Positions 27,291 through 40,350 of a DNA stretch of 64,000 nt are shown piece by piece. The notes beneath the pieces are model-generated. The model worked only from the letters and a program-made list of their open reading frames with translations. It did no database searches and was not told where the DNA came from. Position 1 is the first letter of the stretch, and every line of letters begins with the position of its first letter. Source of the stretch: Octopus vulgaris (lineage: Eukaryota); NCBI GenBank assembly GCA_951406725.2, contig OX597814.1, positions 31,558,001 through 31,622,000 of the forward strand, read 5' to 3'. The position numbers were made by a program, and so were the translations under genes.

Positions 27291-27849
27291 ATCAATTTAA
27301 CCTGTTGACAGTTAGGATGCGGGTTACAGAATTGCAAATTAACTTTACTTTGGTCTGTCCACCAGGCGCCAGGAAATCACTGGAGAGTTTTATTAGTGCG
27401 TACGCGCGCACACGCCTAGATACACACACACACACAAACGCTCACTCACATACACACACATTTCTTTTTGTACATGTACATTGATAATATATGCATATAT
27501 ATAAATATGTATATGTATATGTACACATATATATACATACTCATATATATACATACACACATATATATATACATATGTATGTATACGCACACATACGTAC
27601 GTACACACATCTCTCTCTCGCTTTCTGTATATATATATATATATATATATATTCTATATGTGTGCATTATATTAAATTTGTGTTAATATCTCATAGAGAA
27701 CCTCATACTTGTGGGAGAGATGTTTGCGTTTATATGAAAATCGAAGTAGTACGTCGGTTTTAGTGGTATGGTTTACACACATACACACAGAAAACCACAC
27801 ACAGGCACACACACACACATGTGCTTACACACATACACATATACGTACC

Positions 27850-27903
<54 letters not shown>

Positions 27904-27929
27904 AATTCTTAATTTTTTTTAATGCTTCA

Positions 27930-28075
27930 CCTTAAAACCCGCAGTCTTGCTGGGTCACCACTCTTAACTCTGCTACATCATTACTTGAAAACCCCTCTGA
28001 TATGTGGAATTTGGTCACTGAGGGAGTGTGATGCTGCTGCCCTTAACTGTATTTCCTGCCGTGTTGTAGGGTCGT
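27930..28075 (-). mobile_element. CR1-type LINE 3' end, decayed
   Basis: Minus strand reads PTTRQEIQLRAAASHSLSDQI. Confidence 0.7.
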
Positions 28076-28295
28076 CTTGAGTACAGCTTTCAGTCGAACA
28101 AATCTGCACCAGGACTTATTTTTTGTAAGCCTACACGGCCTTCTTTCACTTTCCGTCTACCAAATCCATTCACAAGGCTTTGGTCAGCCCCTGGTTATTC
28201 AAGAAAACACTTGTCCAAGGTGTCACGCAGTGGGACTAAACTCGGAACCATGTGGTTGGCAAGCAAGCTACTTATGACACAGCGTCTGCAGCGCC
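28076..28295 (-). mobile_element. SINE family A, internally deleted
   Basis: Match to the family A head and a piece of the tail. Confidence 0.8.
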
Positions 28296-28344
28296 TGTAT
28301 AGATACAAACACACGCACACACACACACATATATATATACCTAT

Positions 28345-28609
28345 ATGACCCAGACCGGGCGTTGTGAGTGTTTGTTGAACGAAAAAGTGTTTGTTGAACG
28401 AAAAACACCTTAAAGTTCCACGAGGCTCCGGCAGGGGATGGTGATCCCTGCTGTACTCTTTCACCACTCTTTCTTTCACTCTTTCTTCTGTTGGCCTGCT
28501 CGCTTAGCCAGCGGGGTGGCGTCATTCGAAGGCTAAAACAATGCGAAGTGCATTGTGAACAGCGATGTATAACAACATCTGATGGTCTGGTCGGTCACGT
28601 GTGGTCACA

Positions 28610-28612
<3 letters not shown>
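28345..28612 (+). mobile_element. SINE family B, tail variant 2, 5'-truncated
   Basis: cccagaccgggcgttgtgag...ctggtcggtcacgtgtggtcacatgat; matches 21010-21295. Confidence 0.9.
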
Positions 28613-28650
<38 letters not shown>

Positions 28651-29002
28651 CACACACACACATATATATATATATATACAGACACACACACACATATATA
28701 CCAATATATATTTGTATGTATATATGTATTGTTTGTGTGTGCGTATACATGTAAACACACACATACATGTATGTATGTGTATAACCAATATATACAATGG
28801 GCTTCATTCAGTTTGCATCCCAAAAACCCACTCACAAGTATTTTCTCACCCAGAGCTCTTATGTATGACACTCGTCAAAAATGCCTCGAAGTGAGATTGA
28901 GGCACAACTGTGGAATTAGGAAGTAGGCGACCAGTAAATACATACACGTATATAAGTGTATACTTCAGAATGACTCTATCTATCTGTCTATCTGTCTATC
29001 TG

Positions 29003-29068
<66 letters not shown>

Positions 29069-29072
29069 CATA

Positions 29073-29170
<98 letters not shown>

Positions 29171-29204
29171 GCTATCTGTCGGTCTATCTATCTTTCTATC
29201 TACC

Positions 29205-29588
29205 TTGACCATGATCCTATGAACCGTAAAAATTAATACAGAGAGTTGCTTATTTGTAAAAAAAAATATAACATGTGACTTCATTAACCGAGGTTATCGT
29301 GGTCTTTTCCTTAGGCTTTTCTTTCCACGGATAAACCTCACCTGTCCTCCCCTTTACACTTTATATTGACATTTCTGTGATAACGATCCTTATTGATCGA
29401 TTTTTTCTTTTTCCTTTTATCCCCCCCTTTTTTCATTCCTTTTTTTTTGCTTTCCTCTTTCTTTCCTTTTACGATCCCTTTTGATCGAAAACCAAACCCC
29501 CTTTTTTTATTCATCCTCAAACAGAAAAGCTCTACCTTGTAATTTGTCCCGTCTGTGTGCAGCCCTGTGTGGCTAATAAATAAACATA
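29205..29588 (+). mobile_element. Non-coding retroposon-like repeat in a (TATC)n array, with a family C-like tail
   Basis: Ends tgtcccgtctgtgtgcagccctgtgtggctaataaataaa; flanked by (TATC)n on both sides. Confidence 0.5.
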
Positions 29589-29597
29589 TCTATCTAA

Positions 29598-29712
<115 letters not shown>

Positions 29713-30042
29713 CATATATACATACATACATTCATTGATACACACATATAAGTGTGTATGTACATGTATTCACACGCAAACACACAGATAGGCAGACAGA
29801 CACATACACACACACACACACACACATATATATGTATGTAAATGGATGTATAAATATAATTTAGATTCAGTTGAATTCGGTACTTAAATTAGGGCACTTT
29901 GTTGGGACGAACAATATTAGGTGAGAATCAAAATCTACATAGAATATTCATGCAGTGCATGCAGATATCACGATCCAACTTCGTGAATAATAAATACATA
30001 CATACATACACACACACATACATACATACATACATACATACA

Positions 30043-30076
<34 letters not shown>

Positions 30077-30082
30077 CATATA

Positions 30083-30305
30083 TCACTTCACTTTCACTTT
30101 GACCGACCAGTCCGTCAGGCGTCCATTTGACACCGCTGGTCACAGCACGCTGTCCACTCCTCTCTGGATCGCGCGTTTCTCATCCACGTGATCTCAATCG
30201 TCCTCCTGAAATCGTCACTCCGCCGTCGTGGAGGTCTTCCGGGTGGTCTTTTCCGCTCACGCGGGTACCACTCGAGAGCTGCGTACACCGATAATCGGCT
30301 CACCG
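30083..30305 (-). mobile_element. RTE-type LINE 3' end
   Basis: LEWYPRERKRPPGRPPRRRSDDFRRTIEITWMRNARSREEW is the typical RTE C-terminus; short UTR and (AAGTG)n-like tail. Confidence 0.88.
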
Positions 30306-30498
30306 ACATAAATATATATATTACATATATTATATATATATATATTATATATACATACATTATATGTATATATATATTTATATATTTATTTATTTATCTT
30401 CAGATTTAATTGTACATGTATACTCATATAAATGTTCTATCAATATATAATTATTTATTATATACTTTTATTTTTGTACTGATATATTTTCTTGAAAG

Positions 30499-30540
<42 letters not shown>

Positions 30541-30954
30541 CGATGGTAGGCCGGGTAACAAACACACACACACATAAATACATATATATACGACGGGCTT
30601 CATTAAGTTTCCGTCTACCAAATCTACTCACAAGGCACCGGTCGACCGGTAGAAAATCACTTTCTCACGGAACAATGCATCTGAACCCGGATGAACGTGG
30701 TTAGGATGGAAGCTTCTTACCATATATTATATGTAAGTATATATGCATATATGCAAAGAGAGAGTGAGAGGAAGAGAATAATAAATTGATTGAATAAAAG
30801 TTAAACCACTAAGTATTGTATATTTGTTGTTTAGTTATAGGCAGGGATTTATAAGTACAAATACACCTATACGTTTATATATATATATACACGTGTGTTT
30901 GTGTATATATTATATATTCACACATGCACAAACAAATATGTACTTAAGCATATG

Positions 30955-30995
<41 letters not shown>

Positions 30996-31015
30996 GCGAT
31001 ACGAGTATATATGTG

Positions 31016-31061
<46 letters not shown>

Positions 31062-31244
31062 TACACACACCTATATTTATATTTACATTTATACCAAGGA
31101 GGCAAGAAACTCAAAATGGCCAACTGTGTAGAACTCCCTGTTTCATCAAAAGCCTATCGCATAAGAATTTCCATTGAAAATAAGATGTGCGGTGGTCCAG
31201 CACGGCCCCAGCCTTTGAACTGAAATATGTAAAAGAAATAAAAG

Positions 31245-31281
<37 letters not shown>

Positions 31282-31546
31282 GCTTGTTTGTGTGTGTGTC
31301 TGTGTGTGTGTATATGTGAGTTTGTTTACATGTATATGGATACATAATAGAGGGTGTGAAAGAATACCTGGGAATAACTCATAAAGAGAGAAACAGGCAA
31401 CTAGCTAGCAATTACGATAGGTGTAGATAATACTTGTAGTTCACATAACAGTGTTTGCGTACAAACTTACTCTTTCTCTCACTGACATACTCCCATAAAC
31501 GAATGCATACAGCTGTTTTGTCTACATATAGCTATAGGGATACAGT

Positions 31547-31634
<88 letters not shown>

Positions 31635-31675
31635 GAGACAGAGCGATACATATATATATGAGACGTAGAGAGCGA

Positions 31676-31717
<42 letters not shown>

Positions 31718-32014
31718 CATATGTGTGTGTATATACACACACGTATATGCCTGTGTGTCTTCGCCTGTATGCGCACAGGCTCATGTTTGTTTCTGCAGTA
31801 ATAAGTTTAATGTTCGTGCCCCTGCGTCCAAATATTTCCTTAAACGTTGTTGGCTCTACGACGAATAAATAAATATAGAAAATTAAAATAAAAGATGATA
31901 CAATATGAGTCCTTGCCCATCCGTCACCATACAGCTCTGTTATGCTTGTATGTGTGTGCATGTGATGTGCGTATGCATTACATATATAAGTGTAAATATA
32001 TATATTACAGTTCA

Positions 32015-33100
32015 TAATAGCCCTTTAAACCCGCCCACAGTTTACTCGGACAGCCATTGTCATTAGCCATGCTTATGATACAAAATTCTCGCAGACAATA
32101 AAAAAACAACCAGGACGACGTCGCAAGCTTACAGCGGGACCTCAATCGATATACAAATGGGCCAAAATAAATAATATGCAGTTTAATGCGGGAAAGTTTC
32201 AAGTACTGCTCTATCAACTCAATATTGCACTACATCCTGCATATACAGGACCCGAAGGCACTACAATCCCATGGTCAAAGGTAGTGAAAGACTTGGTAAT
32301 CAGAATGTGTAATGAAACATTATCTTATATGCACATTACCAAAATGGCAGCAAAGTGCAGACAACTGGTAGGATGGATACTGAGGTCCTTCAAGACAAGA
32401 GACCAAGAAACCAAGTTGACCCTGTGGAGAACCTTTGTTCTCGGCCGCCTAGACTACTACTCCCAGGTATGGTCACCACATCATACTAAACTAACAGCTG
32501 AGCTTGAAGCAGTTCAACACCACCACACAAACAAGATTGAAACAGTGCAACGGATGAGTTACAGAGAAAAGCTGAGAAAACTGCATCTTTACTCCCTGGA
32601 GAGAAGGCGTGAGAGATATGCAATAATCTGCATATGGAAAATACTAGAAGAGCTAGTACCTAATTTTGGCATTGATTATTATACAAATGTCAGAACGGGA
32701 TGCCATTGTATTGTACCAAAGGTACTATACACTCCTTCAAAATTCAGGACCAGGTACTGCAATAGTCTAGGGCTCAAAGGCCCACAGCTCTTCAATGCCC
32801 TGCCACAAAAATTAAGACATCTGCATAAGGTGGAAGTAGATGTCTTCATGAAGGAACTAGGCATCCTTCTTTCCACAATACCGGATAAACCAATAGCCCG
32901 ATATGAGGTGCTGACGAGGGCAGCGGAAACAAACTCCCTTATACACCAAATTGGCCAACTGCAGGGACAATGTGTCCCACATAGAAAAGTTATGATATAA
33001 AAAACCTCAGACTGTGAATATCAAAAAGAACACAGTGGTGTTCCAGCATGACTACAGCAGCATGGCTGAAACGAGTAAAAGAATAAAGGAATAAAAGAAT
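32015..33100 (+). mobile_element. CR1-type LINE ORF2 C-terminal part (RT end to 3' UTR), pseudogenised
   Basis: Degenerate YADD (SHAYDTK) and LQRDLN in shifted frames. The 274-aa ORF 32176-33000 reads MQFNAGKFQV..., LGRLDYYSQVWSP, LEAVQ, LYSLERRRER, followed by an (AATAAAG)n-like tail. Confidence 0.92.
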
Positions 33101-33126
33101 TTATATATGTATATATATATGCATAC

Positions 33127-33201
<75 letters not shown>

Positions 33202-33279
33202 TTATCTAGTAGATAACTGATGATGAGAAATTAGAGACCTACCGTTTTTATTTTCCGTTTGTCTGTGCATTTCAAATAT

Positions 33280-33553
33280 ATTTTGCCGAACCGCTAAGTT
33301 ACGGGGATGTAAACACACCAACATCGGATGTCAAGCGATGTTGGGGAACTAACACAGACACAAACAAATACACACACAGACATGTATGTACTTATATACG
33401 ACAGGCTTCCTTCACCTTCCGTCTACCAAATCCACTCACAAGGCTTTGGTCAACCCGAGGCTATAGTAGAAGACACTTGCCCGAAGTGCCACGCAGTGGG
33501 GCTGAAGCCGGAACCATGTGGTTGGTAAGCAAGCTACTTATCACACAGCCATG

Positions 33554-33556
<3 letters not shown>
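33280..33556 (-). mobile_element. SINE family A, 3'-truncated
   Basis: Family match; left arm of an inverted duplication. Confidence 0.9.
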
Positions 33557-33599
<43 letters not shown>

Positions 33600-33643
33600 G
33601 GTGCTCCAGTATGGCCACTGCATTATGGCTGAAGCGTATAATA

Positions 33644-33679
<36 letters not shown>

Positions 33680-33751
33680 GGTGCTCCAGTATGGCCACTG
33701 CGTTATGGTTGAAGCGTATAACAGCATATATATATATATATATATATATAT

Positions 33752-34032
33752 AGGCGGAGTGGCTGTGTGATAAGTAGCTTGCTTACCAACCACATGGTTC
33801 CGTTTTCAGTCGCACTGCGTGGCACTTTGGACAAGTGTCTTCTTCTATAGCCTCGGGCTGACCAAAGCCTTGTGAGTGGATTTGGTAGATGGAAACTGAA
33901 GGAAGCCCGTCGTATATAAGGATATATATGCATGTGTGTGTATATGTATGAGTATCTGTGTTTGTCCCACCAACATCGCTTGACAATCGATGGCGGTGTG
34001 TTACATCCTCGTAACTTAAAGGTTCGGCAAAA
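33752..34032 (+). mobile_element. SINE family A, 3'-truncated
   Basis: Family match; truncated at the same position as 33280-33556. Confidence 0.9.
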
Positions 34033-34399
34033 TATATATGAAATGCACAGACGAACGGAAAATAAAGCCAGAAGGTCTCTAATTCCTCATCAGTTATATC
34101 CTAGATAGCTCTCCCACACACGTATATACATACATACATATATGTACACATGCGCTCATGTTTCTGTTTCTGTGCTTGTCTTTATACTTATGATTCTACG
34201 CTACAACCATTCGACCACCGCTATTTGCTTGTGGAAAGGAGCAGCAGAATCATTTCTTAGTTTAAAAGAATTATTGATATCGATTCGTTCGAGTAAGCCC
34301 TTCAAGGTTGTATCACACTATGTCTGCGGTTCAATGATTGAAAGAAATAAAATATAAAAGGTATACACATGATATACAATAAATAATTCAATGGGGAAA

Positions 34400-34930
34400 G
34401 TGCGAAAATGTGCAAGACAACTTGCCTTATCCCTAGAAGTTGCTGCGCCAGTTTGAAAGATATTATCACTAGCAACTCACACCAATAATTCCCTGTTGTA
34501 ACTGTCGGGTCACTCACTGAAGCTTCCCATTAGACTAGGCGAGTTTGATAAATTCAGTCGTTTATCAAGCTGAAGTCATTTCAATGCTACAAAATAACGT
34601 AATCGAATAGAAAATTTTGTTGGTTTATGCGGAGGCAACTTTATAGATCTTTATCCATACCATCAGGCTTTCCGAGACATGAAGAAAAATAAAGCCATAA
34701 GTTTGGTAGCTCTGTATGTGATCTGAAGACCAACTGCACTTCTTATGCAATCAAGTGGAGAATCGTGAAGAAATCTAAGCCGTATGTAGATTGATCAAAA
34801 TGATGCATGCTACGTGTAGCTGAAAGATCACACTTTCTTTTTACATTAAAGTATTCCATCACAGCACTAAATTCCAGATCTGGAATTTTTAGCAAGTGCA
34901 CGTGCACAAACAAATTGCATTGTTGATCCT
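34400..34930 (+). mobile_element. Penelope-like GIY-YIG remnant
   Basis: ENFVGLCGGNF..., YAIKWRIVKKSKPY, LNSRSGIFSKC; same type as 62920-63600. Confidence 0.65.
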
Positions 34931-35146
34931 GAAAACACCATCTTCTCCGAATCGAACTGTTGTCTAGTCTTCCCCTCGATGAATTATTCGACACCAGTTA
35001 GATTATGATTTTAAGGGGCAACAAAAGGCAACGCAAATATTGATTTTGTATTTATTCTTTCTTTTTCCGTGTTCATTCACTCTTGTCTTCCTGTTTCACA
35101 TTTTGCATCAGTCTTTTTGATTTTTCTCCTATTTTCTCCCAGATAA

Positions 35147-35177
<31 letters not shown>

Positions 35178-35299
35178 CTCAGAGGGAAAAAGAGGTAGGA
35201 AGGGAGAGTGAAAGAACATGTTTTCTTCCTCTCATTCTTGTTCTAATTTTAGTCACCAGACCGCAACCCTGCTGAGACCTCACCTCTAAAACTTTTGTC

Positions 35300-37965
35300 T
35301 TCTTTTCCCGCTTTTAGTCTTTCTTGTTTATCTCTTGAATTCTTATAATTGCAAATTTGATTACCAATTCAGCTTATAGCAGCCGTTATTTTTGTACTTA
35401 TCCATTTAGAATTTTGGTCCGACATTTCATTTAGATATTCATCTGAGTTTTCCCTGAATATTATTTTAAAGACTCGTATTACATTTCTGCTTTGTTTAGG
35501 AACTCAGTGGATTATTTAAGAGCCCCAGTGTATATGATTATTAAAATAAGGTGCTCTTGTTCTCGATTGAGAGAGTAATACATAATAGCTGTCAGTATCT
35601 ACTACTTAGTACGCTGAATATTTTTAATGCTGAAATTTGGCATATGATTCTCCAGAATCTTCCACGTATAAATTACACTGCGTTGTTCATGAGAATAAAG
35701 ATTTAGAGCTGTACGACGTCTCTAGCAATTAGGGTTTTAACTGAAGATATTTTGCGTGTGATCCCGTCAAGTTTTTGTATAAGACCGTTTGCTTTTGGGG
35801 ACCAATGCTGCGAACAGTAATCCATTCTACTTAGATCTAAGGTTTTCAACAAGTTCACCTTAACTACCGATTCTCTTGTAATGAAGGCTCCTAATATTCA
35901 GTCTGAGAGATGTTTGAATTCAGAGTTTCAGATGGATAATGTGTCGACATAACGTGTATTTCTATGTCGTGTGTTGATTTCGAGCGAGCATTCTATTCTC
36001 TGATTTCAAATAGTTTGCACTGTGCCTATACACTCCATATATAAATATGCACATGTAGATGTATTAAATTTGTTGTATTCATCTACCTTGTGGCCCAGTG
36101 GTTTCGATTCCCAGACCGGGCGTTGTGAGTGCTTATTGAGCGAAAACACCTAAAGCTCCACGAGGTTCCGGCAGGGGATGGTGGTGATCCCTGCAGTACT
36201 CTTTCACCACAACTTTCTCTCACTCTTACTTCCTGTTTCTATTGTACCTGTATTTCAAAGGGCCGGCCTTGTCACTCTCTGTGTCACGCTGAATATCCCC
36301 GAGAACTACGTTAAGGGTACACGTGTCTGTGGAGTGCTCAGCCACTTACACGTTAATTTCACGAGCAGGCTGTTCCGTTAATTCGGATCAACGGGAACCC
36401 TCATCGTCGTAACCGACGGAGTGCTTCCATCCCCATATTCATCTACCTATTGACAGATGAAATCTAGTTCATTCTGAAGTGCATAGGTCATCTGTAGTTT
36501 TGATTACCCCGATAATTTCGTCATCGGCGCTACTCGTTACATTGAATATGATTACTGGTGACCTTAAGCTTGAGAGTTTCATACTAAATGGCAGTGGCCT
36601 AAGGACAGTGCCGCAACGCACAGCTAGCAGCGACTGATTCGTTTCTATTATTTATCTTGTAGAAGAGCATTGTGTTTTGTAATGATACCAAAATCCCTCA
36701 AGCTATGACAGATGATCCTTTGATAAATCTTGCTAAAGACCTTAGTAAACCAAGTTATATGTAGTTAGTGTCCATACTTCATAGGAGATTGTTAAGAATA
36801 GTGGTATATATATATATACAGTTTTGTCAGGAAATGTTTCTTTGTTCGTCAACCATTCTATTGTTGCTCTAAGACGCTATTTTCCTCAAGAATTTATGAT
36901 TAAACATTTCTCAGACAATTCGTTCCAAAATCGTAGATGTTCGAGGTGCAGGACAAACAGGTCTGAAATTAATTTGTAGGTCAAGCATGCTTCTTCGTTT
37001 TTGAGTAAGTGTTACTGTGGTTTATTTCAAACAGCATCTTTAATAGAATGACCAAGTTATTTTTGCACAGTTTTATTAATGCAACTTGCAGACCATCTGA
37101 TCCTGGTGCAGATTTTACATCCAGACCAATAATAGCTGCGAGCCTATCATCTTCTGCGATATCTGTGAGTGTCTCTGCACTTTCATTCTGGGGAATGAAA
37201 ATTTTGTTTGGAATCTGCACTGTTTTGTTAATGATAGGACTGAGCAAAGCCTTGTAGCTCTGTTGTCTCAAGCGTTCACATAATAGCGATTGGAAGTTAA
37301 TGTATGATCATTTCTAATCTACTTGAGGCCCATTTTAGCTATGGCTGGAGGACATTTTTTGCAAAGCGGGAAACTTATGATTAGACTTAATATTTTATAA
37401 TTCACCTTATTCTTTCAGTGAACTTTTTAAAGGGATTAATTTAGCTCCAGTGCAATGCTCTTCATTTTGTTGATTTTGCATCAAACTTATTACGATTAGT
37501 GGGTTCTTTTCTTCAGTTTTATTGTATTATGCCTTGGTATACGTCTATCTCAGATAATTACACTTTTGTATTAACTGGCAGGTTAAGATGAGATATGCAT
37601 TAACAGAACCTACTTATCTCTGAACATAGAGTTTTCATTCCCTAATTAGCATTGAAACTATCAATGCACACAGGTCATTTTGCTATGAGATTTTACCTTC
37701 AGCTTTTCTTCAGGTGGTCTTTCTGAAATTCAAATTCACGACAGATGTTTCTTGCGGTAGAGTAGAATTATGACCTTTATATGATGACAGTTCTGTATAC
37801 TACATACAGTAGTTCTATAGTACTGTGGTGAGAAATAGCTGTTGAAGTGAGGCCGAATTTCGTGGGTCAAATTTCTATTGGTGGTGATAATTAGGTTAAA
37901 TATAGATATTGTCTCCTCTAAAGTGACAGGTAATAATTTTTGCATGAGGAATGTCCCCATCACTC
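35300..37965 (-). mobile_element. Old CR1-type LINE ORF2 (APE end to RT to C-terminus), highly decayed
   Basis: Ordered motifs: TLEETISIFNLIITTN, SAPGSDGLQVALIKLC, NFRPVC..ILERI, GTVLRPLPF, SSADD, YSLNREQE. Confidence 0.7.
36089..36435 (+). mobile_element. SINE family B, tail variant 3, nested in the LINE
   Basis: 13-bp TSD tattcatctacct at 36076-36088 and 36436-36448; homologous to 49433-49810. Confidence 0.92.
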
Positions 37966-39219
37966 TTATTTAACAGTGTACACTCTAACTAGATGTAGTG
38001 TTCTGGATAGTTTATAATGGAAATTATTTTTAAAAGAAAAGTATATTTGCCTACGTGTTAACGTCATGTAAAGTTTGATTTATGCGTACTAAACTAATTC
38101 TGAAATGGTCTCCCCAATTAACTACATTAGGTAGGGAATGGAAATACCTGTTTATGCTGTTTGAATATGGACTAGTAGCGTATCAAATGCTATGTCGGAG
38201 TTGGAGAGGAGGACATTTATTGCCAGTCTTCACATATAGAATGCCGCTCTACCTTTGTGTATTCTGTGGTCAGCCCTGTGCACTACATAACCTGTCGTGT
38301 GCACGTCTGAATCTATAATATCTGGTTTCTGGTGAGTTTTCTTCGAGTGCTACACATATTTTGCTTTTCCTGTGTGCAAGCTCCCTAAAATATGTAAATT
38401 CTCTCGATTGTTAACGAAATACCAAGTACATTTAGCATTATTATTGAGCTGGAGTGAATGTTTTTCTCAGATGAGGTGGAGTAATTTGACCATCTAAGTG
38501 TTATCAACCCAGTTTTATCCCGCCTGACTCAACTTACCCTTTTCTTAAACTCTCATTTCTCCCTTCTTCTTGAATATTTGGTATCCCTCCTGAACCACTT
38601 CGTGACTACACCTCCCGGATTACTTTTGGAACTTAATATTTCTCAGATTCTATTATCATGGATCTTCCTGTAAACTGTCGTTGGTGTAATTTCAACTATG
38701 TTATTGAATATTAGTACTTTCTCGAGTAATTACATTTCTTTTAGTATGGTTACATGTTCTGCATTCGTCTTTTTGATTGGTTATTGCTGTTTAGTGGCTG
38801 GGTCGACATCGCCGAAAAAGAAGTCACAGTTACTGCGCCACATCATTTCATTGCTAATGGTGTCTCAAATGGAAGCTATGTTTGATTTGGGAAACGTTTA
38901 TTTACTCATGCGATAGTTTGTCGTATATAATGAAGATTCGTTTCAAAGGATTTTATTGCTTCCAAATAATAGTGACATACTTTGGAATAGAAATATTTAC
39001 ATTCAGTAAAATTTGAGTAATTCTTTCTTTTACTTATTCTAGTCTCCATTTAGTGCTTTTCTAAGAAGGCAGAGTTAGTTGTTGAGATGAAAGTGTAACA
39101 GTTCCTAGACATATTAGTAGTATTAGCAGTAATAGTAGTATTAGCAGTGTTGACATTAGGGTACGTTCTTAAAATGTCAATATTATCAGCGAATGTGTAA
39201 GTTAAATTGGTTACAGATT

Positions 39220-39258
<39 letters not shown>

Positions 39259-39259
39259 A

Positions 39260-39294
<35 letters not shown>

Positions 39295-39368
39295 CAGCAG
39301 TAGCAGTAGCAGCAGCAGTAGTTGTAGTAGCAGAAGTAGCAGCAGCAGCAGCAGCAGTGGTAGTAGTG

Positions 39369-39420
<52 letters not shown>
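39220..39420. repeat. (TAG)n/(CAG)n compound microsatellite
   Basis: Directly visible. Confidence 0.95.
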
Positions 39421-39421
<1 letters not shown>

Positions 39422-40037
39422 TTTTGTTGTTGTTATTGTAGTAACAGCAGAGGCAAGCGATGAGGTATGTATCAAAATTGAGGTCGTAGTCGCCAGCAGA
39501 AAGTTTGGTATTGTTTGAAATATTAAGTTGGTTTAGTTGCATTGAAATATTTGATTTCGTCAATTTTTCTATTAATTTGCTACATGGACTGACTAATTCT
39601 AGGGCAAGCAATATATGTATACACATTTCTTTGGGAATCATTTCAAACGTTGAAAATTTCTAGAATTATTGAGTGTTATTTCTTGTTCAAACTAGTTCGA
39701 TTGGCTATGCATAATATGTACATACGTACGTACGTATGTATGTACGTATGTACGTATGTATGTATGTATGTATGTATGTATGTATGAATGAATGAATGTA
39801 TGTATGTGTGTGTGTGCGTATGCATTGAAGTCAGTGTTTTTGCAGGTGTGTGTGTGTGTGTGTGTGTGTGTGAGTGTGTGATATGTACATTCGTGAAAAT
39901 GTTGAGTCGTGCTGTGTTTCAGATTATATATTCTTGTGACCTAAAATGTGATATTTTATGTTTAAATGATATGATTGGCACGATGAATTGTTTAATCTAA
40001 GAATTGTTCATAGAGTGCATAGAGCGATGTATATGTA

Positions 40038-40151
<114 letters not shown>

Positions 40152-40152
40152 T

Positions 40153-40350
40153 AGGCGCAGGTGTAGGTGTGTAGTAAGTAGCATGCTTACCAACCACATG
40201 GTGCTGTAACTTTGGGATTGGTCAAAAGAGACCGGTAAAATAAGTACTAGGCTTACAAAGAATAAGTCCTGGGTTCAATTTCTTTGACTAAATGCGGTGC
40301 TCCAACATGGCCACAGTAAAATGACTGAAACAAATATAAGAATAAAAGTA
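40153..40350 (+). mobile_element. SINE family A with internal deletion
   Basis: Head joined directly to the 3' third. Confidence 0.8.

Noticed and set aside
32176-33000. 274-aa ORF as a functional or domesticated gene
   Set aside because: It is the C-terminal part of CR1 ORF2; the upstream catalytic motif is mutated and frameshifted.
39050-39475. Thr/Ala-rich mucin-like ORF
   Set aside because: Explained by the (TAG)/(CAG) microsatellite.
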